In this document: positions 47,811 through 56,134 of the stretch, in pieces
How positions within the stretch are numbered: position 1 is the stretch's first letter
Layout of the letters: each line of letters starts with the position of its first letter
NCBI GenBank assembly: GCA_964342875.1
Contig: CAYFHI010000002.1
Span: 1-56,248 of the forward strand
From: an uncultured Dehalococcoidaceae bacterium
GTDB taxonomy: Bacteria > Chloroflexota > Dehalococcoidia > Dehalococcoidales > RBG-16-60-22
Reading direction: 5' to 3'
DNA: 56,248 nucleotides
Made by a program: the position numbers and the translations under genes
The notes under the pieces: generated by a model
The model's input: the letters and a program-made list of their open reading frames with translations, nothing else
Database searches by the model: none
Told to the model about the DNA's origin: nothing

Positions 47811-47954
47811 TTATCCCCCAACATCACGCTGCTTCTTTCGTTTTTTAATTACTTCCACGTTCGGCGAGGTTGGTAGAATAGATGCCACAGATAGTTTCTT
47901 GGAATTTTTTTTTGGTTTCCTCGTTTCCCTATTTCTGTAATCTCGCTTACCCAT
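47811..47954 (-). CDS. unannotated 47-aa lysine/arginine-rich small protein
   Basis: Below the track's size cut-off. AGAGGTG RBS 7 nt before the ATG at 47954. MGKRDYRNRETRKPKKNSKKLSVASILPTSPNVEVIKKRKKQRDVGG, TAA at 47813-47811. Lies between rnc and acyP on the same strand. Confidence 0.45.
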   Translation of the reverse strand: MGKRDYRNRETRKPKKNSKKLSVASILPTSPNVEVIKKRKKQRDVGG

Positions 47955-48017
47955 AAAAGCACCTCTATATTAATATCGCCCTTCGTGTAACACCTTCAGA
48001 AGTTTAACAAAGTTATG

Positions 48018-48746
48018 TTACTGTGTAAAGTGGCTGTTAAGGTGCTCCAATGCTAACCTAGCAGCTTCATTTTCAGCCGATTTTTTACTTTTTCCCGAAC
48101 CTCTACCAATCGATGAATCATCAGCCAGTACTTCAACAGTAAAATTTTTATCATGGTCTGGCCCTGTTACTTCCACTAAACGATAGGTAGGTGTCAATTG
48201 ACGATTAGACTGAAGGGTTTCCTGCAATCGTGATTTAAAATCTAACTCTAATCCTTTAATAAGCACTCTCTCTATTTCTTTATGGAAATAATGAAAAATA
48301 AACTCTCTGGTAATATCCAGACCAGAGTCAAGGAAAATAGCACCGATGACAGCTTCCATAGCCCCTTCCAAGTTTGCCGGTTTTTTCCTCCCGGCGCTGG
48401 CTTCTTCACCCTTTCCCAGATAGAGAAAATCGCCAAGTCGAACAATCTCGGCCACACGAGCCAGTGTACCCCGACACACTATTCCCGATCGAGCTTTAGA
48501 CATCTCTCCTTCAGTTAATTCGGGATATTCCTGATAAAGTCTTTCAGCAATAATGAAGCTCAAAACAGCATCTCCCAAAAATTCGAGCCTCTCATTAGAA
48601 CCGGAAATACCCCCTGTGTTCTCATTAATATAAGAACGATGGATTACTGATTGTTCCAATAATAATATATTGTTAAAATATACTCCCAGAACGTTCTGTA
48701 AAACCGTGACATCAGCCAAATTTCTTTTTCTCCTTAATTCCCCCAA
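48018..48746 (-). CDS. rnc: ribonuclease III
   Basis: 242 aa. NERLEFLGDAVL signature and a C-terminal dsRBD (GSGKSKKSAENEAA). Confidence 0.95.
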   Translation of the reverse strand: MGELRRKRNLADVTVLQNVLGVYFNNILLLEQSVIHRSYINENTGGISGSNERLEFLGDAVLSFIIAERLYQEYPELTEGEMSKARSGIVCRGTLARVAEIVRLGDFLYLGKGEEASAGRKKPANLEGAMEAVIGAIFLDSGLDITREFIFHYFHKEIERVLIKGLELDFKSRLQETLQSNRQLTPTYRLVEVTGPDHDKNFTVEVLADDSSIGRGSGKSKKSAENEAARLALEHLNSHFTQ

Positions 48747-48815
48747 ATAATTAAAGAATAGACAGGCGAATCTCTGTTGTCAAATCAATCTACAGAACCA
48801 TCATTTCCGATATTG

Positions 48816-50072
48816 TTACTTTGTTTCACGTTTTATCGGGATTACAAGCAGGGCAACCATAAATATAGCTGACGCAGCAATTGAGAAAGCGATGGTATAA
48901 CTTCCAGTTATATCATAAACTAATCCGCCCATAGCCGGACCAAGGGCAGCTCCAACCCCAAAACCGACGTCCTGCATCCCCATTATAACCCCAATGTGAC
49001 TTAGCCCAAAGGTATCCCCTATCAAGGCAGAGAAACCCGGGCTGAAGCCACCGTACGCAAAACCATAAAGTAGGGCAAAAACGTATAGCATCCATAGCTC
49101 CCTGACCCAGATAAGCAACAACATGACTCCAGTTTGAAGAAGAGCGCAACCAATAGCAGTCAACTTTCTGCCTATTCTGTCGGACATTGCCCCCATCAAC
49201 ACACGGCTAGCAACAGTACTGCCACCCAACAGACTGAGAATTATCGCCGCTTCTTCGACAGTAAAACCAATATCCGTAGCGTGCGGTACAATATGTGTAA
49301 ACACAAAATAATGGCAAATAGCAAAAAACAGTCCAATAAAAACGATGGGCCAGAAGCTCACGGTTTTAATTGCCTGACTTAATGATAGACCGGTCTGCGG
49401 AAGTCTTTTTTCTTCAATTACGGGTATTTGCCCGTCAATATTGCTAGAATCAGAATTTACCCCATCGGGAAGAAATCCGATTACCGCTGGCTCCTTCTTT
49501 AAAAGCCACGATAGAGGAATTACAAGCAACCAAGTAATCAAACCAATCACTAAATATGCCGATCGCCATTCCAAGTTGGCAATTAGATAAGTAGCAAACG
49601 GCGCTATGATTACCGTACCTAATCCTTTACCCTGTCCAGCGATACCTAAAGCGAGTCCACGCTTTTTTTCGAACCATCTAGAGACGGTGGATGTTACTAT
49701 CACATGCATAGAACTGGTACCGCAAGACAGAAAAAAACTGTAAGAAAAGAAAAGCTGCCACGCAACATTCGTCTGACTAGTCAAAAAAAGAGACAGGCCG
49801 GCAAGCAGCCCCATGAAAAATACAACAATTTTGGGGCCATACCGATCTAATACCAACCCTCCCAAAAGAGCAAAAGCAGAACCAAACAGCATATAAATTG
49901 AAAAGATGGCAGAAGTTGTGGCCCTGTTTAACTCAAAATCACTTGCTATCGATTTAAAAAATATCCCGAATGAAGAGCGTAACCCCCAAAGATTTGTACC
50001 GATAACGATGAAAGCAGCCACTATCACCCAACCATAGAAGTACCCGCCTTTCACCTTAAAAAATGACCGCAA
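48816..50072 (-). CDS. MFS transporter (oxalate/formate antiporter-like)
   Basis: 418 aa, about 12 hydrophobic segments, with an LDRYGPK loop motif. Confidence 0.85.
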   Translation of the reverse strand: MRSFFKVKGGYFYGWVIVAAFIVIGTNLWGLRSSFGIFFKSIASDFELNRATTSAIFSIYMLFGSAFALLGGLVLDRYGPKIVVFFMGLLAGLSLFLTSQTNVAWQLFFSYSFFLSCGTSSMHVIVTSTVSRWFEKKRGLALGIAGQGKGLGTVIIAPFATYLIANLEWRSAYLVIGLITWLLVIPLSWLLKKEPAVIGFLPDGVNSDSSNIDGQIPVIEEKRLPQTGLSLSQAIKTVSFWPIVFIGLFFAICHYFVFTHIVPHATDIGFTVEEAAIILSLLGGSTVASRVLMGAMSDRIGRKLTAIGCALLQTGVMLLLIWVRELWMLYVFALLYGFAYGGFSPGFSALIGDTFGLSHIGVIMGMQDVGFGVGAALGPAMGGLVYDITGSYTIAFSIAASAIFMVALLVIPIKRETK

Positions 50073-50331
50073 CGAAATATCCTCACCTGGTCGTCCAAAA
50101 TATGAAATATCAGACTAGCAATAAGCCACAGGATATTGATCGTACTCTCTGAAACGACTATATAACGAACGCTATAGTACCTGTCAAGCAATTTTCGAAA
50201 ATAAATTCGGAATTCTTTGGCTTATGGTATATTAGGGTCAGGATACATTTCTAGCGTTTATGCTAACTTTTAAATATACTCTACCGTAACCGGACAATGT
50301 GTGCTAAAATAGTAGCTAACGGAGGTGATTT

Positions 50332-50628
50332 ATGGTTAAACCACAGGCGATAAAACTAGGCTACTACGTGGCTATAGGTCTTGAGCCAGGCACCGCTCCC
50401 AATAGGTGTTATATTGGGCTGGTCATGGCTGTTGATGAATACGGTGTTAGAATAAACATTACGCACTGGGATGACAGTCTGGACATGATTATTAGAGATA
50501 CCGAAGACCTGTTTGCTCCTTGGGTAAGTATCACATCCATGCTTGTCTGCACTGATGAGGAGCCGGTCAGGCGCTTTTTAAGAGATAAAGCAATGGCATG
50601 GCAAAGTGCAATGAACGCTATGGGTTAA
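50332..50628 (+). CDS. hypothetical 98-aa protein
   Basis: GGAGGTG RBS 5 nt before the ATG. An extended -10 (TGCTAAAAT) lies about 25 nt upstream. No family recognised. Confidence 0.6.
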   Translation: MVKPQAIKLGYYVAIGLEPGTAPNRCYIGLVMAVDEYGVRINITHWDDSLDMIIRDTEDLFAPWVSITSMLVCTDEEPVRRFLRDKAMAWQSAMNAMG

Positions 50629-50704
50629 TCTATTTCATCAAATATCGAAGACGGTTAGTATTTATGTTAAGTATCCTCAAGAAATGCATTTACTTCGTTT
50701 TACT

Positions 50705-51004
50705 TTAGAAAAAGTCTTCTAGAGCACGACCTGCCGTAAAAACACTGATTGCTCCGCTAATATACATAGCAACACGCAAAGCCTCAGCAATTTCTTCTTT
50801 TGTAGCTCCCTCCTCTGTCGCCAGTTTAGCCAGTGAAGTTACTCCCCCAACAGAACCGTGAGAAGCATCCAGAGCCATTGCCATCAGGAACTTATGCTTC
50901 CTTGAGATAACACCTTCACTGAGGGTGAAATCACGAGTATTATTCATAAGTTTCATCAGCTCCGGGTCAAGTGTCTCGAAGACCTTCAATGGATTAGCAG
51001 GCAT
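50705..51004 (-). CDS. carboxymuconolactone decarboxylase (AhpD-like) family protein
   Basis: 99 aa. LSRKHKFLMAMALDASHG...EEIAEALRVAMYISG pattern. Confidence 0.8.
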   Translation of the reverse strand: MPANPLKVFETLDPELMKLMNNTRDFTLSEGVISRKHKFLMAMALDASHGSVGGVTSLAKLATEEGATKEEIAEALRVAMYISGAISVFTAGRALEDFF

Positions 51005-51107
51005 AATATTTCCTCCTTTGTTGCGCGTTTACTCCTAATGTCAATGTAGTGATTTAATAAGTCGGTATTCCAGTTAAGTATTCTTGTGAATATATTAGTT
51101 ATGACGG

Positions 51108-52103
51108 TTATTCTTCCTCGGTAATCAAATCGAAAAACTTTACGATATTTCCTCTGTCCTCGCTGCCGTTGAACTTGATGGCATCACGCGGGTGCTGGTT
51201 TAGAAGTCCTGTAAGCATATAAGGAACATCAAATCCCCACATTAACTTCTCTCGCATTGGCTCGATGTGCTCTTGAATACACTTAAGGATAGGCCTAAGT
51301 CGAAATTTTGGATTATGAAGAAAACCAATCAGCGACTCGATTGGGCAATTACCGGCACCACGCCCAAGGCCTGCCATGGTTGCATCCAACATGTCCGCTC
51401 CCTCTATTATTGCCTCAATAGTATTGGCAAAAGCTAGCTGCTGGTTGTTATGCGTGTGCATTCCCACCTGTTTCCCGTGGGGTTTCGCATATCTAATATA
51501 TTTTTCAATAAGTGAATGTATCTGTTCGCTATAAAGAGCGCCAAAACTATCCACTAAATAGATAGTACCCACTTCCGAATTCGCTAGGAGTTCCAATGCT
51601 TCATCCAACTCACGTTCATTTACTATTGACACTGCCATCAAGTTGACAGTTGTTTCATAACCCTTGTCATGAGCATCCTTAATCATATCTAAAGCTAGCG
51701 GTATCTGATGAATATACGTCGCTACCCTTATCATATCCAGAACGCTCTGGCCTTTTGGCAGAATATCTTCGTGGTAATCACATTTTTCAGCATCAGCCAT
51801 AACCGATAATTTCAACGTCGCGTCGTTTTCACCAACAATGCGCCTGATATCCTCCTCGGTACAGAATTTCCAAGCGCCATACTCAGACGGGGGAAAAATC
51901 CTTTTAGCGTTTATATATCCAATCTCCATATAGTCAATACCTGCTTCGACGCATGCGAAATATACTGCCTTTACGATTTCGTCACCGAAAAGGTGGTCAT
52001 TCATCAACCCGCCATCGCGTATGGTACAGTCTAAAAGTTTGATTTCCGGACGGTAAGAAACCCACTTACCGGAAGGATTCTCTTTCGCATTATTAATTAC
52101 CAC
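51108..52103 (-). CDS. HMGL-like (DRE-TIM metallolyase) aldolase-domain protein
   Basis: 331 aa. LLDCTIRDGG, MHTHNN and GLGRGAGNCP metal/substrate motifs. GTG start behind AAGGAG. Confidence 0.8.
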   Translation of the reverse strand: MVINNAKENPSGKWVSYRPEIKLLDCTIRDGGLMNDHLFGDEIVKAVYFACVEAGIDYMEIGYINAKRIFPPSEYGAWKFCTEEDIRRIVGENDATLKLSVMADAEKCDYHEDILPKGQSVLDMIRVATYIHQIPLALDMIKDAHDKGYETTVNLMAVSIVNERELDEALELLANSEVGTIYLVDSFGALYSEQIHSLIEKYIRYAKPHGKQVGMHTHNNQQLAFANTIEAIIEGADMLDATMAGLGRGAGNCPIESLIGFLHNPKFRLRPILKCIQEHIEPMREKLMWGFDVPYMLTGLLNQHPRDAIKFNGSEDRGNIVKFFDLITEEE

Positions 52104-52215
52104 GACTCCATCTCCTTCATCATCAATTTTTTACATATTGCTTCATTATCCGTTTTTGTTATGCCGTAACTTTTACGAGTAAATATAAGTCTCTAATATA
52201 GGCTGAGAATAAAAA

Positions 52216-52258
52216 GTAGACTCGGTATGATTCGAACCTACGATCAATCGATTATGAG
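52216..52258 (-). other. tRNA-Met(CAU)-like 3' half (anticodon loop through acceptor), no 5' half
   Basis: The reverse strand reads CTCATAA-TCGAT-TGATC-GTAGG-TTCGAAT-CATAC-CGAGTCT-A. That is an anticodon loop with CAT, a 3' anticodon stem, a variable loop, a T-arm with one G-A mismatch, and a 3' acceptor strand. No complementary 5' acceptor, D-arm or 5' anticodon stem lies upstream, and no CCA. Confidence 0.5.
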
Positions 52259-52485
52259 TGTTGGGATTGAACGTTTCATATTTCATAATTAGATTCTCCT
52301 TTTACTTACAAACCTAGAGTTCACTATTTCAAATTATATTAGATTAACTCGCAGGTTTTGTAGAAACATTGCATCGACAATACAATTATTATACAAAAAT
52401 AATACCTACAAGAACAAGGCTCGTTCTAGTTTTCAAGTTAGAGTTACCAGAAAACAAAATCGCACTTACACTCCATCTTGCGTAA

Positions 52486-52514
52486 TTGACAAACCTTTTC
52501 CGTGCAAGTATAGT
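52486..52514 (+). promoter_or_regulatory. near-consensus sigma70-like promoter in non-coding DNA
   Basis: TTGACA (52486-52491), 17 nt spacer, TATAGT (52509-52514). The next convincing CDS on this strand starts about 530 nt downstream. Confidence 0.45.
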
Positions 52515-52947
52515 CTACTCTAATATGATCCTTACTACCTTTGGAATATTCTATCTAGGACCGTGGGCCTCGCATTACTATGGAACTTTTCGCTACAATA
52601 TTCCTCAACCTGCTTAACAATATGCTTCCCTATGAAAATATTTTAGGGTTAGCCGAAATTGATTTTGGAAGAGGAGCTGCCCAGTATTTGAGAAAGCAAT
52701 AATCCCCGAAAGTCACCACCACAACGATCCCATTTCGTGTTTGGGTCGACCAAGTCTGCCGTAGTTAACGTTACGTCACCTTCTCAAACTCAAGGCATTA
52801 TGATACAATAAGAGCCATTGGGATGCGTTCTGATTAAGGCGGACAAAGTAGGGGTGAGTTTCTCCCTCAAATAAAATAAAACAACTCCAAATGATTTGAC
52901 TATCTTGACATCTTAAGGGCGTGGGGTTGGAATGGCTATGCCAAAAT

Positions 52948-52973
52948 GGTAACTGTTACGTGGTAATGTTACC
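52948..52973. promoter_or_regulatory. tandem palindromic half-sites (candidate operator)
   Basis: GGTAAC-T-GTTAC-GT-GGTAA-TG-TTACC. Two adjacent palindromes built on GTAAC/GTTAC, about 70 nt upstream of the ATG at 53044. Confidence 0.3.
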
Positions 52974-53043
52974 CATCTGACTAAAAAGATTTGGTCTCCC
53001 AAAGAAATTACAAGAATCAGCCGTTAAGGAGGTTAGATGCTAT

Positions 53044-55332
53044 ATGGCTGAATACTCTGTGCTTGGTCAGAGTGTCTTTCGCCTTGATGCCTGGGACAAG
53101 GTAACCGGCCGGGCCAAATATGTGGCGGATTTACCTTTTACTCAGATGCTGACAGCCAAAGTATTGCGTAGCCCCTTTACCCATGCCCGCATCCTCAGTA
53201 TCGATACGTCCCAAGCCAAACGATTACCTGGGATCAAAGCGATAGCCACAGGCCGGGATATCCCCCCGGTACGCTTCGGCAAATGGATGCAGGATCGCAC
53301 TGCCCTCGCCTTAGATAAGGTACGGTATATAGGGGAGCCAGTCGCGGCAGTCGCAGCGGCGGATGAAGAGATAGCGGAAGAAGCTATAGAGCTAATCCAA
53401 GCGGAATATGAAGAGATACCCGCTGTGTTCGACCCTACCGAAGCCTTGAAGCCGGAAGCCCCTGTCATCCACGAAGACCTCTCCAATTACAAACCTCTAT
53501 CTCCTCACCGGCAGAGCCAAGGCAACATTCTCCTACAGTCAAGCCTCAAACACGGGGACATAGAGCGGGCTTGGCGAGAAGCATATTTCATCCATGAAAA
53601 CAGCTACCATACTCAGCCAGTGTATCAGGGGCACATACAACCTCACGAAGCGATTGCGGTAGTGGCCAATGGTGGCCGAGTGACCGTTTGGAGCCCCACC
53701 AAGGCCCCCTTTGATTTGCGACGTTCGTTGTCCAAGATCTTTGGCCTGTCCGCCTCCCGTGTACGGGTAATTAGTACCACCAGCGGGGGTGATTTTGGCT
53801 CCCGGGGTTCCCCCGGCGTTGAGCCCATTTGCGTACTACTGGCTCAGATATCTTCCCTCCCGGTACATATGTCTCTTACCCAAGAGGAAGAATTCGTTGG
53901 TACATTCTATCGGGAAGCCACTGTAGTTACCCTGAAAGTGGGAGTTAAAAAGGACGGAACTTTAGTAGCGCTTCAGGGCCGGATTGTATTCGATACCGGT
54001 GCCTATAGCGATGTCCTAGGCCTGATAGATGGGGCCACCGCCCATCTATCAGGCCTCTACGACATTCCTAATATTGATATAGAGGGCTATGTGGTCTACA
54101 CCAATAATACCCCACGGGGCCAATGTAGGGCTCCCAGGACTCCGCAGCCGATTTTTGCTCTCGAATCCCACATAGATGATGTAGCTAGGAAACTAGATAT
54201 GGATCCTCTGGACTTTCGACTCAAAAATGCTGTGGAGGATGGAGACAATTTACCAGGTAGGGGCATTTTACGGAATGCCGGTTTGAAGCAAACTCTTAAT
54301 ACTGTAGCAGACTACCTGCGCAACGAAAAGATGAGTTTGGTTCGCTTTCGAGGCTGGGGCATCGCCTGTGGAGAACGGATCATAAGTCCTGTAGCACAAG
54401 TTGCCCCTGTCTCCTCTGCTTACGTCAGAGTCAACGAGGACGGGACAGCTACTCTGTTCAGTGGAATCAGTGAAGTGGGAGGTGGCCAGTGGACGGCAAT
54501 GTCGCAGATTGTGGCCGAGGTATTGGGCATCCCTTTCGAACGCGTATCGGTAGTGGCCGGTGACACCGAGCTTGTTCCTCATGAGGGAGGTACTGGTGGT
54601 AGCCTTACCACAGGGAGAGTGGGCACTACCGTGAGGCTCGCCGCTGAAGATGCCAGAAGCCAACTCCTTCGCCTAGCGTCACATAAGTTGGGAGTTAAGG
54701 AAGGTAATCTGGAAACTGGCCGAGGCAAGGTCTATGAGAAGGGGACCCCCGAACCAGGCATATCTATAGCTGACCTGGCTACTACGGCTCTTGCTTCTCC
54801 CACCGGTCCTATCTTGGGCACAGGTAGAAAACTACGAGAGGAGTGGGTAGCTGCCCTAGCCGATGCCAAGGGTATTATCGATGGCGCCCAGTATTGCACC
54901 CATGCTGCTTATGTGGAGGTGGACATTGAAACGGGGCAGGTACAAGTGCTCAAATATTTTGCTTGCCATGATGTAGGATTTTCCATCAACCCACTTCTGA
55001 TAGAGGGGCAGATTGAAGGAGGGATTACTTTCGGCTTGGGCTACGCTCTGACAGAGGAGGTTCTAATCCGAAGAGGTCAGGTACTCAACCCGAGCTTTAC
55101 GGACTACCACTTGCCAGTGGCCACCAGTGTTCCCAGGATAGAATATGCCACCATAAGCGTTCCTTCTGGATTGGGACCCTTTGGCGCCAAGGGGATAGGG
55201 GAACCTCCTACCGTACCCGTGGCACCAGCTATCGCCAATGCCGTCTATGACGCTGTAGGAGTTCGCATCAATGGTCTCCCTATCACACCGGAAAAAATAT
55301 TAAAAGCCCTTAAGAATAAGGTGGTGCCATAA
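53044..55332 (+). CDS. second xanthine dehydrogenase-family molybdopterin-binding large subunit, without adjacent Fe-S or FAD subunit
   Basis: 762 aa. LGQSVFRLDAWDKVTGRAKYVADL...LRSPFTHARI N-terminus and FGAKGIGEPPTVPVAPAIANAVYDAVGVRI C-terminus. AAGGAGG lies upstream. Visibly GC-richer than its neighbours. Confidence 0.9.
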   Translation: MAEYSVLGQSVFRLDAWDKVTGRAKYVADLPFTQMLTAKVLRSPFTHARILSIDTSQAKRLPGIKAIATGRDIPPVRFGKWMQDRTALALDKVRYIGEPVAAVAAADEEIAEEAIELIQAEYEEIPAVFDPTEALKPEAPVIHEDLSNYKPLSPHRQSQGNILLQSSLKHGDIERAWREAYFIHENSYHTQPVYQGHIQPHEAIAVVANGGRVTVWSPTKAPFDLRRSLSKIFGLSASRVRVISTTSGGDFGSRGSPGVEPICVLLAQISSLPVHMSLTQEEEFVGTFYREATVVTLKVGVKKDGTLVALQGRIVFDTGAYSDVLGLIDGATAHLSGLYDIPNIDIEGYVVYTNNTPRGQCRAPRTPQPIFALESHIDDVARKLDMDPLDFRLKNAVEDGDNLPGRGILRNAGLKQTLNTVADYLRNEKMSLVRFRGWGIACGERIISPVAQVAPVSSAYVRVNEDGTATLFSGISEVGGGQWTAMSQIVAEVLGIPFERVSVVAGDTELVPHEGGTGGSLTTGRVGTTVRLAAEDARSQLLRLASHKLGVKEGNLETGRGKVYEKGTPEPGISIADLATTALASPTGPILGTGRKLREEWVAALADAKGIIDGAQYCTHAAYVEVDIETGQVQVLKYFACHDVGFSINPLLIEGQIEGGITFGLGYALTEEVLIRRGQVLNPSFTDYHLPVATSVPRIEYATISVPSGLGPFGAKGIGEPPTVPVAPAIANAVYDAVGVRINGLPITPEKILKALKNKVVP

Positions 55333-55777
55333 CCTAAATGCATCGGGGAACTAAGACGCCGCCTTTAATGTGGCACAGATGCGGATTGCCTGCTCCTGCA
55401 TGCCAAAGATTCAACGCTGGAAACCAAGAGGAAAGAGCTTGAAGCTAATGAACCATTGCTTCTGGTTGCGTAGCATCAGCCCATCTTCGTAACATACCCG
55501 ATATAGGCTATTATTGCCCTTATGCTATAATCTCATCTCATCGTTTCAGCTAGTAGGGCGAAAAGTAATGAGATTACGTGTGATTATAGTCTATTAAAAG
55601 AACAATAACAAGGGAATCGAACTCCACCTGAAACAATGCTGTGTTTTGCGTGAGAAGTAACTATATACTAGTTTATTGCTGAGAGTATTACTTTCAGATC
55701 TAACGTACAATTGAGCTACTTAGTCCCAAGTCGTGAACAACTCACAGACCAATTACCGTGTTTGATAGCCTCAGGTG

Positions 55778-56044
55778 TCACCGCGGGCTAGTTGTTGGGC
55801 CAATTGCATACACTAAAGACCCCTTAACCTCGACATCACCTCTCTCGGACATAGTCTGCACAGCGCCTTCAGACAGTCCCTCGGCACACCTGACGTCCAG
55901 GGACCGATCTTTCTCTATTATGGCCTGAGTAATGCGGTTGATGGTTGTAGGTCCGTTGACGAGGCATGTCCTGACCAGGCCCAATAGGGATTCTACCGTA
56001 AAGTCAGCACAGATATTATCGATTAGAAATTGTAACGTTTTCAA
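55778..56044 (-). CDS. hypothetical 88-aa ORF (weak)
   Basis: TTG start, no clear RBS, no family recognised. Listed only because it is the sole long ORF in this spacer. Confidence 0.25.
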   Translation of the reverse strand: MKTLQFLIDNICADFTVESLLGLVRTCLVNGPTTINRITQAIIEKDRSLDVRCAEGLSEGAVQTMSERGDVEVKGSLVYAIGPTTSPR

Positions 56045-56134
56045 TTAATTTTCCTAGTTTACATTCACTAGGCAAAACGAATGTACTCAAATAATTAAAC
56101 ATACTATGGAAATACCCCCTTATTACAAGAGGAG

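Noticed and set aside
55612-55625. GGGAATCGAACTCC, which looks like the complement of a tRNA T-loop and a possible partner att site for the tRNA relic at 52216
   Set aside because: Flanking bases do not form a T-stem, acceptor or anticodon arm on either strand. It also shares no extended identity with the 52216-52258 fragment.
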